A DNA stretch of 58,281 bases from a virus (lineage: Duplodnaviria; Heunggongvirae; Uroviricota; Caudoviricetes). Both the position numbers and the translations under genes were made by a program. Positions 8,750 to 18,330 of this stretch are shown piece by piece. The stretch covers positions 1 to 58,281 of the IMG/VR virus record IMGVR_UViG_3300012942_000032; one strand, given 5' to 3'. The notes beneath the pieces are model-generated. The model was given only the letters and a program-made list of their open reading frames with translations. It was not told the DNA's origin and ran no database searches. The number at the start of each line of letters is the position of its first letter. Within the stretch, counting starts at the first letter, position 1.

Positions 8750-9373
8750 TTATTTAAGTGTTTTCTTAGAAGCTTCATCGGCATGATCCATTGCTTCTGC
8801 ACCATGGTGATACATCTCATCTTCTTGATGATCCATGTATTCAGCTCTTCCATCACTATAGTGACCTTTTGAATTGTGATGGGCGTTTAAAGTATCAGCC
8901 ATATTTAAAAGTTTTGCATGGTGCCTAGACAAAGCAGCATGATGATCTTCCATAGCTTGATGATATTCTTTACTTCCCTTCTGTAGATTGTCAGCTTTCT
9001 TCTTAAAATCTCTGGCTTGCAAATAGTCAACAGATTCAGAAAGATCTTCATTCATCTTCTTTGAATTAGCTCTATCACCAACATCTTGTTGCTTAGCAGT
9101 TCTTTGAAGATTTTGCTTCTTGTTATCTTGAACTTGAACGACAGTCCACTTCTTTCCTGGATTTTCTTTTTCAAGTTTGATCTTCTGCATTTCAGCAGAT
9201 GCAGCATCAGAATACTTTGACTTGCCTTGAGGATCAGTAGTAGGGATTCTGTTTCTTTCCCCATTAGAACCAATAGAAAAGACTTCAAAAGCCTCCTCTA
9301 GATCTTCTGAAATATCCTCAAGAAGATTTTGTTTGCTATTGACAGCAAAGATTGCTTCAAATAAGCTTGCCAT
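8750..9373 (-). CDS. putative internal head protein, His-rich
   Basis: N-terminus MASLFEAIFAV; repeated L-x-E sites; charged and His-rich. Confidence 0.6.
   Translation of the reverse strand: MASLFEAIFAVNSKQNLLEDISEDLEEAFEVFSIGSNGERNRIPTTDPQGKSKYSDAASAEMQKIKLEKENPGKKWTVVQVQDNKKQNLQRTAKQQDVGDRANSKKMNEDLSESVDYLQARDFKKKADNLQKGSKEYHQAMEDHHAALSRHHAKLLNMADTLNAHHNSKGHYSDGRAEYMDHQEDEMYHHGAEAMDHADEASKKTLK
8751..8758 (-). promoter_or_regulatory. T4-type late promoter variant (CTTAAATA)
   Basis: TAAATA core. Similar cores at 14214-14221(-), 25444-25451(-), about 26498(+), 35990-35997(-), 37492-37499(-) and 49026-49033(-). Confidence 0.6.
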
Positions 9374-9933
9374 TACTTCGAACCTCGAGACTTGTGATAC
9401 AGTTCATTAGCTTTGCCCATATGAACGTCAGCTTTCTTTCTGTAATACTCACTGAATTTATCACCAGGATTGCGCTTCTCATAATGCTCTGCATCCGCAG
9501 TATGCTTCATTGCAGCATGAATATGGAACTTCCAATCTGGATGACTTTGATCAGCTTTTTCTTTATGATGTGAAACTGCGGATTCATGAGCATACATCTT
9601 ACCTAGATGGGCAAGTGCTTCTTTATGTTCCTTGGGATCACTTGCTGACAGCTTATCAACTTTTGATTGAAGATGTTCAGCGGCGGAAACATGATGATTT
9701 ACCATTTCATTGTGGTAATTGTGCATATCGCCTGCAGACTTATGAGCTTCTGCTTTTGCTAGATGCTTTGATTCGATGCTTGAATCGGGTTGAATTTCAC
9801 GGTGTTCGCCGGTGACCTTAGCAACCATGTTTCTATGAAGAGTTTTATTCTTTGCTTCGTTCAATACTTCTGGGACAGCCTTTTGCTGCTTACCAGATAC
9901 GGCGAAGATTGCTTCTAGTAGTGAGTCTGACAT
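9373..9933 (-). CDS. putative internal head protein, His-rich
   Basis: N-terminus MSDSLLEAIFAV shared with the neighbour; VLNE site. Confidence 0.6.
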   Translation of the reverse strand: MSDSLLEAIFAVSGKQQKAVPEVLNEAKNKTLHRNMVAKVTGEHREIQPDSSIESKHLAKAEAHKSAGDMHNYHNEMVNHHVSAAEHLQSKVDKLSASDPKEHKEALAHLGKMYAHESAVSHHKEKADQSHPDWKFHIHAAMKHTADAEHYEKRNPGDKFSEYYRKKADVHMGKANELYHKSRGSK

Positions 9934-9934
9934 A

Positions 9935-10687
9935 TCAATCGGCCTTGTTCGGATCTTCGTCGTGTGGATGAATTTTGTGCTCGTAACCTTCCCAGTCGTG
10001 CTTGGTGTCTTTCCATTCCTGATGCACTTCTGACTTCGAACCTGAGAACTGCGGTCCCCACTTATCGTTAGATCCCTTCTTACGAGTGGATAGAATATGC
10101 AGCTTAGGTTCCTTAGCTTCGGTAATCACTTTCTTTTGACCATGAACTTCATAGCCTTCAGACTGATTTGTTACCCATTCAGTTAGAGCTTCTTCTGTGT
10201 CAAACTTCTTAGCAAAAGGCTTTTTACCCTTTACACCAAATACTTCAAATGACTCGCATACTTGACCAGGAGTCTTTCCGTCCATGTGCTTAAAGTCTTC
10301 AGCATCCTTACCCTTCTGACCATCAGCTTTAATAGAAGCAAGTGCATCATCAAGTGCCTTCATATAAGCAAGCTTGTGGCTTTCAGACTTAAATGCGCGC
10401 TTGGTACCATCAGCTTCTGAATCCTTGTTGAACGGCTGCATCACAGGAGCATTATCTCCTACTTGCACCTTCGTAACAAGACCGCTGATCGGATCAACTT
10501 CAATCATGCAACGCGCCATGCCTTTGGTGGCATGCAATGTGCTCTTTGCTTTCGTATCAGGAGCTACTTGATAACCACGCTCCTTCAGGGTATCCACTGC
10601 CTTTGCAACCCAGCCCGTCGAATGACCAGCCACAGTCGAAAGAGCAAGAGTTCCTGATTCTGCTAGAAATTCATTCAAACTCTTCAT
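9935..10687 (-). CDS. putative internal head protein
   Basis: MKSLNEFLAE resembles the T4 capsid-targeting sequence MKTYQEFIAE. Confidence 0.65.
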   Translation of the reverse strand: MKSLNEFLAESGTLALSTVAGHSTGWVAKAVDTLKERGYQVAPDTKAKSTLHATKGMARCMIEVDPISGLVTKVQVGDNAPVMQPFNKDSEADGTKRAFKSESHKLAYMKALDDALASIKADGQKGKDAEDFKHMDGKTPGQVCESFEVFGVKGKKPFAKKFDTEEALTEWVTNQSEGYEVHGQKKVITEAKEPKLHILSTRKKGSNDKWGPQFSGSKSEVHQEWKDTKHDWEGYEHKIHPHDEDPNKAD

Positions 10688-10698
10688 TCTCGGTTTCC

Positions 10699-11619
10699 TT
10701 AATTTAAATCAATTCGAGGTGCAGTGAACTTTGTCTGTGATCCTGCATCGTTGTAATAGTGACCAGAAGTCTTTACTTCGTAGTTTCCATTGATATTTAG
10801 CGAGTAATCGCCCTTAATGGTTTCTGTCTTATCTCCGTCGATTTCTACATCTGCATCTCCAGAGATCTTGATTTTTGCATCACCATCAACCACGATATTC
10901 ACATCTCCTTTTACATGGAGATATTTGTCGCCTGCCACAATGGTATAATTGTCTTTTACGATCTTATCTACACGAGTTCCATCTGGATTGATTTCTGTAT
11001 ATGTCCCAGATGGATGATATCTATGATATCTTTCTTTACCAGAGGTATCATCAAATTCTTCTACATGACCAGATTCTGATTGGTAGACATGATTATAGGG
11101 ATATTTAGCACCATATGAAGATGATGGTTCAGAGAAAGATGATCCATTAACACCTGTTGCAGTATCTAGATCACTATTTCTCTTTTCAATAGCAGTCCCA
11201 GAAGTTACACCACGGGCTAATCTGTTGACATCAGATTCTCCCTTATTGATAGGATATTTTCCATTTGGATCATTGAAACCATCTGATGGGCTCTTTGCCT
11301 GAGGAATACCAGCAAAGGTTCCCATTACCATAGGTACCTGAGCATTGCCACCATCAAGGAAAAATCCTACAACGTGAGTACCTTCAAGTAGATCTGTTGG
11401 TGAATGTCCTATACCTGAATTTGCTGCTGATGATGTAGGTTGCATCACCATTGCCCACATTAGATGATCAGTAGGTATTTGACCTTTATCTGCTGTATGG
11501 TAACCAAAGATGCGGACCTTGACTCGACCAAGATCTTGAGGATCAGAAGTACGATCTTCAATGACACCTAGCCACCAGGTGAACTCGCCAAAGGAGAATG
11601 TATTAGCTTGTGGCATCAT
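10699..11619 (-). CDS. 5: baseplate hub/spike gp5 (no lysozyme domain)
   Basis: WWLGVIEDR.DPQDLGRVKVRIFGYH OB-fold, YPYNHVYQSESGH, VxGxxxxx beta-helix repeats. Confidence 0.93.
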   Translation of the reverse strand: MMPQANTFSFGEFTWWLGVIEDRTSDPQDLGRVKVRIFGYHTADKGQIPTDHLMWAMVMQPTSSAANSGIGHSPTDLLEGTHVVGFFLDGGNAQVPMVMGTFAGIPQAKSPSDGFNDPNGKYPINKGESDVNRLARGVTSGTAIEKRNSDLDTATGVNGSSFSEPSSSYGAKYPYNHVYQSESGHVEEFDDTSGKERYHRYHPSGTYTEINPDGTRVDKIVKDNYTIVAGDKYLHVKGDVNIVVDGDAKIKISGDADVEIDGDKTETIKGDYSLNINGNYEVKTSGHYYNDAGSQTKFTAPRIDLN

Positions 11620-12851
11620 GTCAAGCTCTCCTCAAGTCTCTTCTTGATCATTTCAAAGTTACAGACATATGAATCTTTATTCAGCATATGAGCTATGGCT
11701 ACGATCAGGTAACGTCCTTGACGTTGCTTATCATATGTTTCCCCAGTCATATCTTCATGTGAAGGTAATTTAACCTGGCAATTCTTACCAATCCATTGAT
11801 ATGCTCCAGCATTACCAGGAGTCTGGATTAAGAGTTTTTCTTGATCTAATTTCTGAATAGCCGACTTTCTAGATGTTTGCCAAATATCAGCATTATCGAC
11901 CACTGTCTGTGTCTTTGCCATTCCAGGATGTTTAGGCATGAAGCTGATATTCGCGTTTTCTGCACCATCACTGAATACAGGATTGTCCCAGGTCTTTACT
12001 GATTTATCGAGCGGAGAATCATCGCCGTATGTGAATACCTTTGTTCCCCAACTCTTATTGATTACGTCATAGCTGGCAAGAGTATTCTTGTAGTAACCTG
12101 ATGACAGATTAGCAACAGCATCAAAATGCTCAAACTGAAAATCAAGAATATTAAGGCTATAATCGTAGACATATTCGCCATTGCTCTTTAGCTCGCCTGG
12201 AGCTTGTTGGAATGTAATGCCTGTAGATTCTGAATCATCTGAATAAAGAAACTCTGACGGTTTCATGATCCACTGATCATTATCTCTTTGGAAAAAGACA
12301 TAATCCGCTGCTCCATCTTTTAGAGCCACTTTAACTAACCAAGAAGCTGCAATAAAAGGTGTCCAATTAGGAATGATAACATGAATTGAATTATCTGATG
12401 GAACCGTATCAACAAAACCACCTTCAAAATATTGAGAGACTAATTGCTGAACTGCATCAGTCGATTTCATGTTGCTGAAAGATCGTTGGACTCTTTTAGT
12501 TTGATTATCTAAGAACGCTTGATCTGCACAGAACACAGTATAGGTCTGTTGCATATGATTCTGAAATTGTTTATCACCAATCCTGTAGATGGTGAATTCA
12601 AACTCTTTCTCTCCATCGCCTGGACTATTGTTTTCAGTGGCGATATCAATTGTTACCTTAGAACCCACCTTAATAGGTAATGTCATCAGAAGATTCGTGG
12701 TATCATTGAAATTGATCTGACACGACCAAGTAGGCGTGAAAATGTCCTGGAAGATTTGAGCTGCCAGGACTGCATCAGAAACATCTTTTCCATCAATAGT
12801 TACGACGAACTTTTTAAGATCACCATATCTACCTGGTGTATTATAAATCAT
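11616..12851 (-). CDS. baseplate hub protein (gp27-like)
   Basis: size, position between gp53 and gp5, GRYLIVAIAH C-terminal motif. Confidence 0.7.
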   Translation of the reverse strand: MIYNTPGRYGDLKKFVVTIDGKDVSDAVLAAQIFQDIFTPTWSCQINFNDTTNLLMTLPIKVGSKVTIDIATENNSPGDGEKEFEFTIYRIGDKQFQNHMQQTYTVFCADQAFLDNQTKRVQRSFSNMKSTDAVQQLVSQYFEGGFVDTVPSDNSIHVIIPNWTPFIAASWLVKVALKDGAADYVFFQRDNDQWIMKPSEFLYSDDSESTGITFQQAPGELKSNGEYVYDYSLNILDFQFEHFDAVANLSSGYYKNTLASYDVINKSWGTKVFTYGDDSPLDKSVKTWDNPVFSDGAENANISFMPKHPGMAKTQTVVDNADIWQTSRKSAIQKLDQEKLLIQTPGNAGAYQWIGKNCQVKLPSHEDMTGETYDKQRQGRYLIVAIAHMLNKDSYVCNFEMIKKRLEESLT

Positions 12852-13390
12852 GGATTCTTGCCTTGAATTGCTTTATTGAACGAATCAACAAACTGGCTGA
12901 TATATTGAGGATTGACGACTAGAATTTCTCTTTTAGATTCATTCTGATCTGTTTCATATTGAAAGTTTGTCACAGGAGAGATATTGAAAGGCAACGTCTC
13001 TCCGTCTTCGATCATTTGTCTATAAAGTGCATCATTTACATCATCTACAAACTTTCCAGAATCAAGTTTTATGAAATGATGAATTCCATATACGTCATCA
13101 TACTTAATGGTGCAGTAATCCTCAAGCTCTTCATCATTCATTGGCCAATCTAAGAACGGATTCACAATGTCATTGATGATGAGAATTGTCCAATGGTAAT
13201 TTGGTTCTTTATAAAGTTCATTAGCAAGAGATTCAGGAGTCTGCCCAGAAGTAATTCTGTAGGTTTGGAACACATAGGTTCGATCTACATTCAAACGTCT
13301 AGGTAGAGCCGCTGTCAGAATGTTTACTGCATCTTTAGAAAATCCATCTACAGAATAGCTAACAGTAGGAAAATATTTGAAGAACGTCAT
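12848..13390 (-). CDS. 53: baseplate wedge subunit gp53
   Basis: FFKYFPTVSY; LysM-like TPESLANELY...YHWTILIINDIVNP..DWP. Confidence 0.92.
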   Translation of the reverse strand: MTFFKYFPTVSYSVDGFSKDAVNILTAALPRRLNVDRTYVFQTYRITSGQTPESLANELYKEPNYHWTILIINDIVNPFLDWPMNDEELEDYCTIKYDDVYGIHHFIKLDSGKFVDDVNDALYRQMIEDGETLPFNISPVTNFQYETDQNESKREILVVNPQYISQFVDSFNKAIQGKNP

Positions 13391-14181
13391 TAGTAGCCAC
13401 CTCCGTTTCCATCAGCATCCCCAAGAACATCATCACGTAGAACAAGCTCGATTTCTGACCATTTTGTGCTTACTGTGATCTCAGAAGGGAAACCATTACG
13501 CATCACACTAAACATTCCTGATGAAGTATAATCTACATCTACTGCGGTGCATACAGCCTTCTTGAACTTGTGAAGCCATTTATTCTCTTCACCTCTCCAA
13601 TGATAACTGATTGCACATTCTTTTGGATATCCTAAGAACGGACCAGGATCAGATGCACTGGTGCCAGGCGGTAGTGCATTAGCGCGCATTGTCTTGATGA
13701 TTTGGTCGATCGTATCACAATCTGTTTCAGTAAATGGAGTAAATCTGAAAGTAAAAGCAAAAGATCTAAAATCTACACCTCTGAATACCATTGTCAGATA
13801 CGGATTGGGAATCTTTCCTGCCACTTCGCCCATTAAAGCATCTGCACTAACTTTACCACCAAGAAGCTGGGCTGCGCTCGAACCTATATTAGCAAGTCCT
13901 GTGCTGACAAGTTTATCTGATGCTTTTGCGTATAGATCATGAAGATTAGCATTAGAGTTCTTTCTCAAACCACCCGCAATGCTTCCTCCTACGAATCCGA
14001 ATTTCTCCGAATCCCAAGAAACGGTTGATGGTTGAGCGACACTTTCAGGCATGTATAACTGAATGATATCATCAATGTTAGAATTCTTGATGCTATCTCT
14101 TTCATAATACTGGAACTGAATGAATGCAGGATTCAAGTCCTCATTCACTAATGTCTTTGGGTAGATAAGCCTCTTCGCCAT
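13390..14181 (-). CDS. 48: baseplate tail-tube cap gp48
   Basis: IQLYMPE, IPNPYLTMVFRGVDFRSFAFTFRFTP; start trimmed to MAKRLIYP. Confidence 0.85.
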   Translation of the reverse strand: MAKRLIYPKTLVNEDLNPAFIQFQYYERDSIKNSNIDDIIQLYMPESVAQPSTVSWDSEKFGFVGGSIAGGLRKNSNANLHDLYAKASDKLVSTGLANIGSSAAQLLGGKVSADALMGEVAGKIPNPYLTMVFRGVDFRSFAFTFRFTPFTETDCDTIDQIIKTMRANALPPGTSASDPGPFLGYPKECAISYHWRGEENKWLHKFKKAVCTAVDVDYTSSGMFSVMRNGFPSEITVSTKWSEIELVLRDDVLGDADGNGGGY

Positions 14182-14202
14182 CTTGATTAAATACCTAGGA
14201 TA

Positions 14203-14685
14203 ATGACAGGAGTATTTACTTTGGCGAATTCTAAATATATTCAAGGTGTTTTTAAGCCTTGGTTTCCAGAAAAGTATGTAGGTGATGCTAACAACGTCGT
14301 CTATCGATCTAGCTGGGAAAACAAGCTGATGCACTGGTGTGATAATAATTCTTCTGTTCTTCAATGGTCATCTGAAGAAGTCGTGATACCATATTTCTCT
14401 AGGGCTGATGGAAAGATGCGAAGATATTTCGTTGACTTCATGATCAAGTTTATTGATAAGAATGGAAATGTTCAAACTGCGATTATAGAAATCAAACCAA
14501 ACAAAGAAACAAGACCTCCTGTCAAAGGTAAGAAGAAAGCAAAGACATATCTCCAAGAATGCTACACTTGGGAAGTAAATCAAGATAAATGGGCTGCTGC
14601 GAAAACATGGGCTGAAAAGAAAGGAATGATTTTTCTTATCTTTGATGAATATGACTTAGGACTCAAGAAAAGACCTGGTAAATAA
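14203..14685 (+). CDS. 4: head completion protein gp4 (TnsA-like nuclease)
   Basis: PEKYVGD..NVVYRSSWE...WSSEE...RRYFVDF...IEIKP; true start may be the TTG at 14221 after GGAG. Confidence 0.93.
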   Translation: MTGVFTLANSKYIQGVFKPWFPEKYVGDANNVVYRSSWENKLMHWCDNNSSVLQWSSEEVVIPYFSRADGKMRRYFVDFMIKFIDKNGNVQTAIIEIKPNKETRPPVKGKKKAKTYLQECYTWEVNQDKWAAAKTWAEKKGMIFLIFDEYDLGLKKRPGK

Positions 14686-14689
14686 TTAA

Positions 14690-15319
14690 ATGGCAACCAA
14701 TAACGAAAACAATAAGAAAAAGAAGGCTCGTAAAGAGACCATCGAAGAACAGGTCCGTAAGGCTGGTCATGGTGGAGCACAATCACGAGCTGCTATTGAA
14801 TGGTTTATCAATAAGGTAAAGAAAGATCTTGGAAAAGATGGACGTGCTAGATCTAGAACGCGTCGTATTCCAGATAGAGCATTTGCAGAGAAAAGAAATG
14901 GACCTATCATTGGTCAAGTCTACTTCTATTCTTATGATCCTAAATTGAAAGAAAGTTTACCTTGGTACGATACTTTGCCTATGGTGATTCCCATCTACTA
15001 CTACGATGATGGATTCTTAGGTCTGAACCTACATTATCTTCCACCTATTGCTAGAGCAAAGCTTCTGGACAAATTGATGGAATATGTTGCAAGATCAGGT
15101 TCTTCGAGAGCTTATATGCGTCTTTCTTATAAGCTTCTAAAAGCTGTCGTGGATAGCAAACTCTATGAACCATGTATCAAACGTTATCTTTATACTCATG
15201 TGAAGTCTAATTTCGTAAGAGTAGAAGAAGAATTTTGGCCAAGAGCTGCAATGCTTCCGGTTCAAGAATTCCAAAAAGCATCAGCAAGAAAGGTATGGGC
15301 AAGTTATGGCCGCAAGTAA
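14690..15319 (+). CDS. 2: DNA end protector gp2
   Basis: YDPKLKESLPWYDTLP, GFLGLNLHYLPP, PCIKRYL motifs. Confidence 0.93.
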   Translation: MATNNENNKKKKARKETIEEQVRKAGHGGAQSRAAIEWFINKVKKDLGKDGRARSRTRRIPDRAFAEKRNGPIIGQVYFYSYDPKLKESLPWYDTLPMVIPIYYYDDGFLGLNLHYLPPIARAKLLDKLMEYVARSGSSRAYMRLSYKLLKAVVDSKLYEPCIKRYLYTHVKSNFVRVEEEFWPRAAMLPVQEFQKASARKVWASYGRK

Positions 15320-15929
15320 TGGATCATTTTGGGATTTTCTATCTCACTTCGGGAATGGGTTTCAACATCCTTCTCGTTATAGAGTAGAATTCAGTCTTCC
15401 CCCTGGCGTTAATCTAGCGTCTGGAACCATTGGTGTGAATACTGAATCAATTCAGGGAAATATTCGTCAAGTTGAGAATATGTTCAACGCCAAAGGTGGT
15501 ATCAACATCAAATGTCATTCTATGACCTTTCCTCAAAGATCATTGATGACATATGAGCACAAACAAAACTCTGCACCTTTTAGAATTCCATATTCTTCAG
15601 TATATGATCCTGTTACTTTCAGTTTCTATGCAGATTCACAATTAGATACCAGAGATTACTTTGATGTCTGGCAAGCTGCGGTTGTGAATATTGGAACCAA
15701 TACGATTAACTTTTATGATGAATACGTTTCTGATATCAAGATGTGGGCTTTAGATAATCAGGGTAATGATAGCTATGGTGTTATTTTATATGAAGCCTGG
15801 CCATTAAATATTGGTACAGTGGATTTCGCCTACGGCGCAACAAATTCATATCAAACTTCTACTGTGACGATGTCCTATAAAACATGGCAACCTGTATTCA
15901 ATAACAGTGGTGTGCAGCGCACAACATAA
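15306..15929 (+). CDS. tail tube initiator / tube-fold protein (gp54/gp19-like)
   Basis: PSRYRVEF...CHSMTFP...LYEAWPLNIG.VDF...STVTMSY. Confidence 0.8.
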   Translation: MAASNGSFWDFLSHFGNGFQHPSRYRVEFSLPPGVNLASGTIGVNTESIQGNIRQVENMFNAKGGINIKCHSMTFPQRSLMTYEHKQNSAPFRIPYSSVYDPVTFSFYADSQLDTRDYFDVWQAAVVNIGTNTINFYDEYVSDIKMWALDNQGNDSYGVILYEAWPLNIGTVDFAYGATNSYQTSTVTMSYKTWQPVFNNSGVQRTT

Positions 15930-16018
15930 ACAGCAAGCAACAAAAATTGCGTTTTTGACCACCTTGTAAGTGCTTGTTTTTATTAGCACAAAATACAGAA
16001 AAGATCACTATTTTCCCA

Positions 16019-16058
16019 GCTACGTGCGGTTTTGCACGTAGCGCGTACACGTAGCGCG
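16019..16058. repeat. GC-rich inverted repeat overlapping an 11-bp direct repeat
   Basis: GCTACGTGC-GGTTTT-GCACGTAGC; CACGTAGCGCG at 16035 and 16048. Confidence 0.8.
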
Positions 16059-16062
16059 CACA

Positions 16063-16518
16063 ATGCAGAAAGTACAATTAGTTGACAATCTAAGCATCAA
16101 AAATTATGAAGATGATCAACCTTGGATATACAAAGGTGATATTTTCATCAGTGATATGATCGAGAAGTCTTATGCTTTCGTTTACCTTATCAGAGATACT
16201 CTAACAGGTAAAGGATATATCGGTAAGAAGCTTTTCTGGACCAAGAAGCAAAAACAAATAAAGGGAAAGAAGAAGTCTATCAAGGTTGAGAGCAATTGGA
16301 AAGATTATTGGAGTTCTTCAGAAGAAATTCAGCGTCTGGTAAGTGAACGAAAGAAAACATTCACTAGAGAGATTTTGCATCTCTGTCCTAATAAAGGAAC
16401 AGCGAATTATCTAGAAGCCAGAGAACAAATGGATCATAGAGTTCTAGAAAGACCGGATTTATGGTACAATGGTCAAATCCAGTGTAGAATCCATTGGACT
16501 CACGTAAAGCTATCATGA
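16063..16518 (+). CDS. denA: GIY-YIG endonuclease II (DenA-like)
   Basis: FVYLI...YIGKK..W...SNWKDYWSSS...REILHLC...WYNGQI. Confidence 0.8.
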   Translation: MQKVQLVDNLSIKNYEDDQPWIYKGDIFISDMIEKSYAFVYLIRDTLTGKGYIGKKLFWTKKQKQIKGKKKSIKVESNWKDYWSSSEEIQRLVSERKKTFTREILHLCPNKGTANYLEAREQMDHRVLERPDLWYNGQIQCRIHWTHVKLS

Positions 16519-16543
16519 AGAAAGGGCCCATTGGGCCCTTTCT
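16519..16543. terminator. bidirectional terminator
   Basis: AGAAAGGGCCC-ATT-GGGCCCTTTCT. Confidence 0.85.
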
Positions 16544-16561
16544 GTTTATTGCAAAGCTGAA

Positions 16562-18319
16562 TTAGTTCGAAGGCCAGAGACGGTTGCGAAGCTCGGCAAG
16601 CGTCTGAAGATTGCTAACCTCTCCATCCAGGAAGATTGTCTTCAGTTCACCTTCATTTGCTTGTTCTGGAGTCTGCTGCTGATACAGAACATATTCTCCA
16701 TTCTCTTTCTCGACGCGGAGCAAGCCCTTCGCCGAATGTTTCGTACCAGAGTCGGTAACCGGAGTCTTCTGCAAATCATGACCCTTACCGTCGATCTGAC
16801 CCCAGGTTGCTTTGACAGCAAGTCCGAAGGTGTCACGCGTCAGGTACTGGTAGGTGAAGCTTCCGACACCGAAGACGATGTTCGTACTTGCGAAACCGTT
16901 GTCCTTCATCAGCTGGAAGATCTGTTCGGCACGCTCCAGCGTAATGCTATCACCGTACACCAGACCAACATGCGGATCCAGGACACGATATCCTGCCTCG
17001 TTGATCGTACCACCGAACTGCTGCCACAGATGTTCCAGAGCACCTACTTCTTCAGGAAGGGGGTTGTAGTCCGAAACATAGATTCGACTATCATTCCAGC
17101 TAACCTGATCTTCGGGCACCTTCTTGGAGGAGTTGCCGTAATGCCCAGCCGGATAATGGATTTCGTGATAGCTGATGAACGTTCCATCTTTCGATGTGAG
17201 CTTGACTTTAGCGGTGTGCTCTTCGTCAAGCAAGACACCCCAGGTATGACCATCGAGCATCGGTGGATTGAAGTGCTTCATGAAGACTTTTTCGACCGAT
17301 TCTCTGAATCCTAGTTCATCCTCGAGAAGAACGAAGTCATTGTCGCCCGTGATGATCTTGACCGGATCGCCGGAATCGGGACGGAACACGACCTTGCCAG
17401 GACCGAAAGCATTTCCTTCGCGCTTCATGATATCATTGCGCAAGGAAGGAGCAACCTTCGTCAAAACGTCCCATAAGTTGATGGTATCCGACACAATAGC
17501 AACCATGCCGTCCGGATAGACTTCGTTCATCAGTCGGCGGTAGGTTTCGAGCTCGCCATAGACAGCATAGTTCAGACACATTACAGCATGCTCGGTTGCA
17601 GGCGGAGCAGTAAAGATCAGTTCCTTGTCCCACTTGGCGCCGTAATAATCGACCAGGTACTTGCCCGCTGCCAGCGTATCCGAACCCACCGACGAAAGCA
17701 GATGACCGGCACCGGAGCGCGCAGAATCTTCTGCTCCTGCCATACCACGTGCCGAGAAGTCATGATTCTGGAAGATCGAGAAACCTGCATCTGCACCCGT
17801 TTCCTTCGCAAAACGCTCCGATAGTCGACGGTATTCGTATGCGATGGTTGCAACGGTAAGCGGCTTCCAGGTGTAGTTGGCCCAGATCGTTTCCAAGAAG
17901 TTCACTAGCCAGCTGAAGCGTGTATCAGTGTTCTTGATCGTCATCAACGGAATGCGTAGATTGATTAGCTCACCTTCCGGAAGTGCCTTCACTTCCAACG
18001 GCAAATATCCCAGATTCCAAAGATCTACCAGATGAGATACGTTCACAACATTTGCGCCCAGCGCACTGTTAATCATATCCTGATATTCGCCGACAACCTC
18101 TTCACACGGACGATCGAAGAAATTTGTCTGCCAAAGATCACGGAGAATTTCTTGCACGAAACCACGAGCCCCGAAATTCACAACCTTTCCATTGAAATCC
18201 TTCCAGTGAAAATGAGCTGCACCACGAGCAGTCATATTGCTATAGACGTACTCGGTATTCGGCGGATACTGATAGAGATGACCAGTCTTGTAGGCATCTT
18301 TCAAAAACAACGGATTCAT
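16562..18319 (-). CDS. nadV: nicotinamide phosphoribosyltransferase-like (NadV/Namat)
   Basis: DAYKTGH..QYP, HDFSARG, PATEHAVM, IVSDT, FRPDSGDP, YGDSIT, FGVGSFTY, KHSAKGLL. Confidence 0.93.
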   Translation of the reverse strand: MNPLFLKDAYKTGHLYQYPPNTEYVYSNMTARGAAHFHWKDFNGKVVNFGARGFVQEILRDLWQTNFFDRPCEEVVGEYQDMINSALGANVVNVSHLVDLWNLGYLPLEVKALPEGELINLRIPLMTIKNTDTRFSWLVNFLETIWANYTWKPLTVATIAYEYRRLSERFAKETGADAGFSIFQNHDFSARGMAGAEDSARSGAGHLLSSVGSDTLAAGKYLVDYYGAKWDKELIFTAPPATEHAVMCLNYAVYGELETYRRLMNEVYPDGMVAIVSDTINLWDVLTKVAPSLRNDIMKREGNAFGPGKVVFRPDSGDPVKIITGDNDFVLLEDELGFRESVEKVFMKHFNPPMLDGHTWGVLLDEEHTAKVKLTSKDGTFISYHEIHYPAGHYGNSSKKVPEDQVSWNDSRIYVSDYNPLPEEVGALEHLWQQFGGTINEAGYRVLDPHVGLVYGDSITLERAEQIFQLMKDNGFASTNIVFGVGSFTYQYLTRDTFGLAVKATWGQIDGKGHDLQKTPVTDSGTKHSAKGLLRVEKENGEYVLYQQQTPEQANEGELKTIFLDGEVSNLQTLAELRNRLWPSN

Positions 18320-18330
18320 GATATATTACC

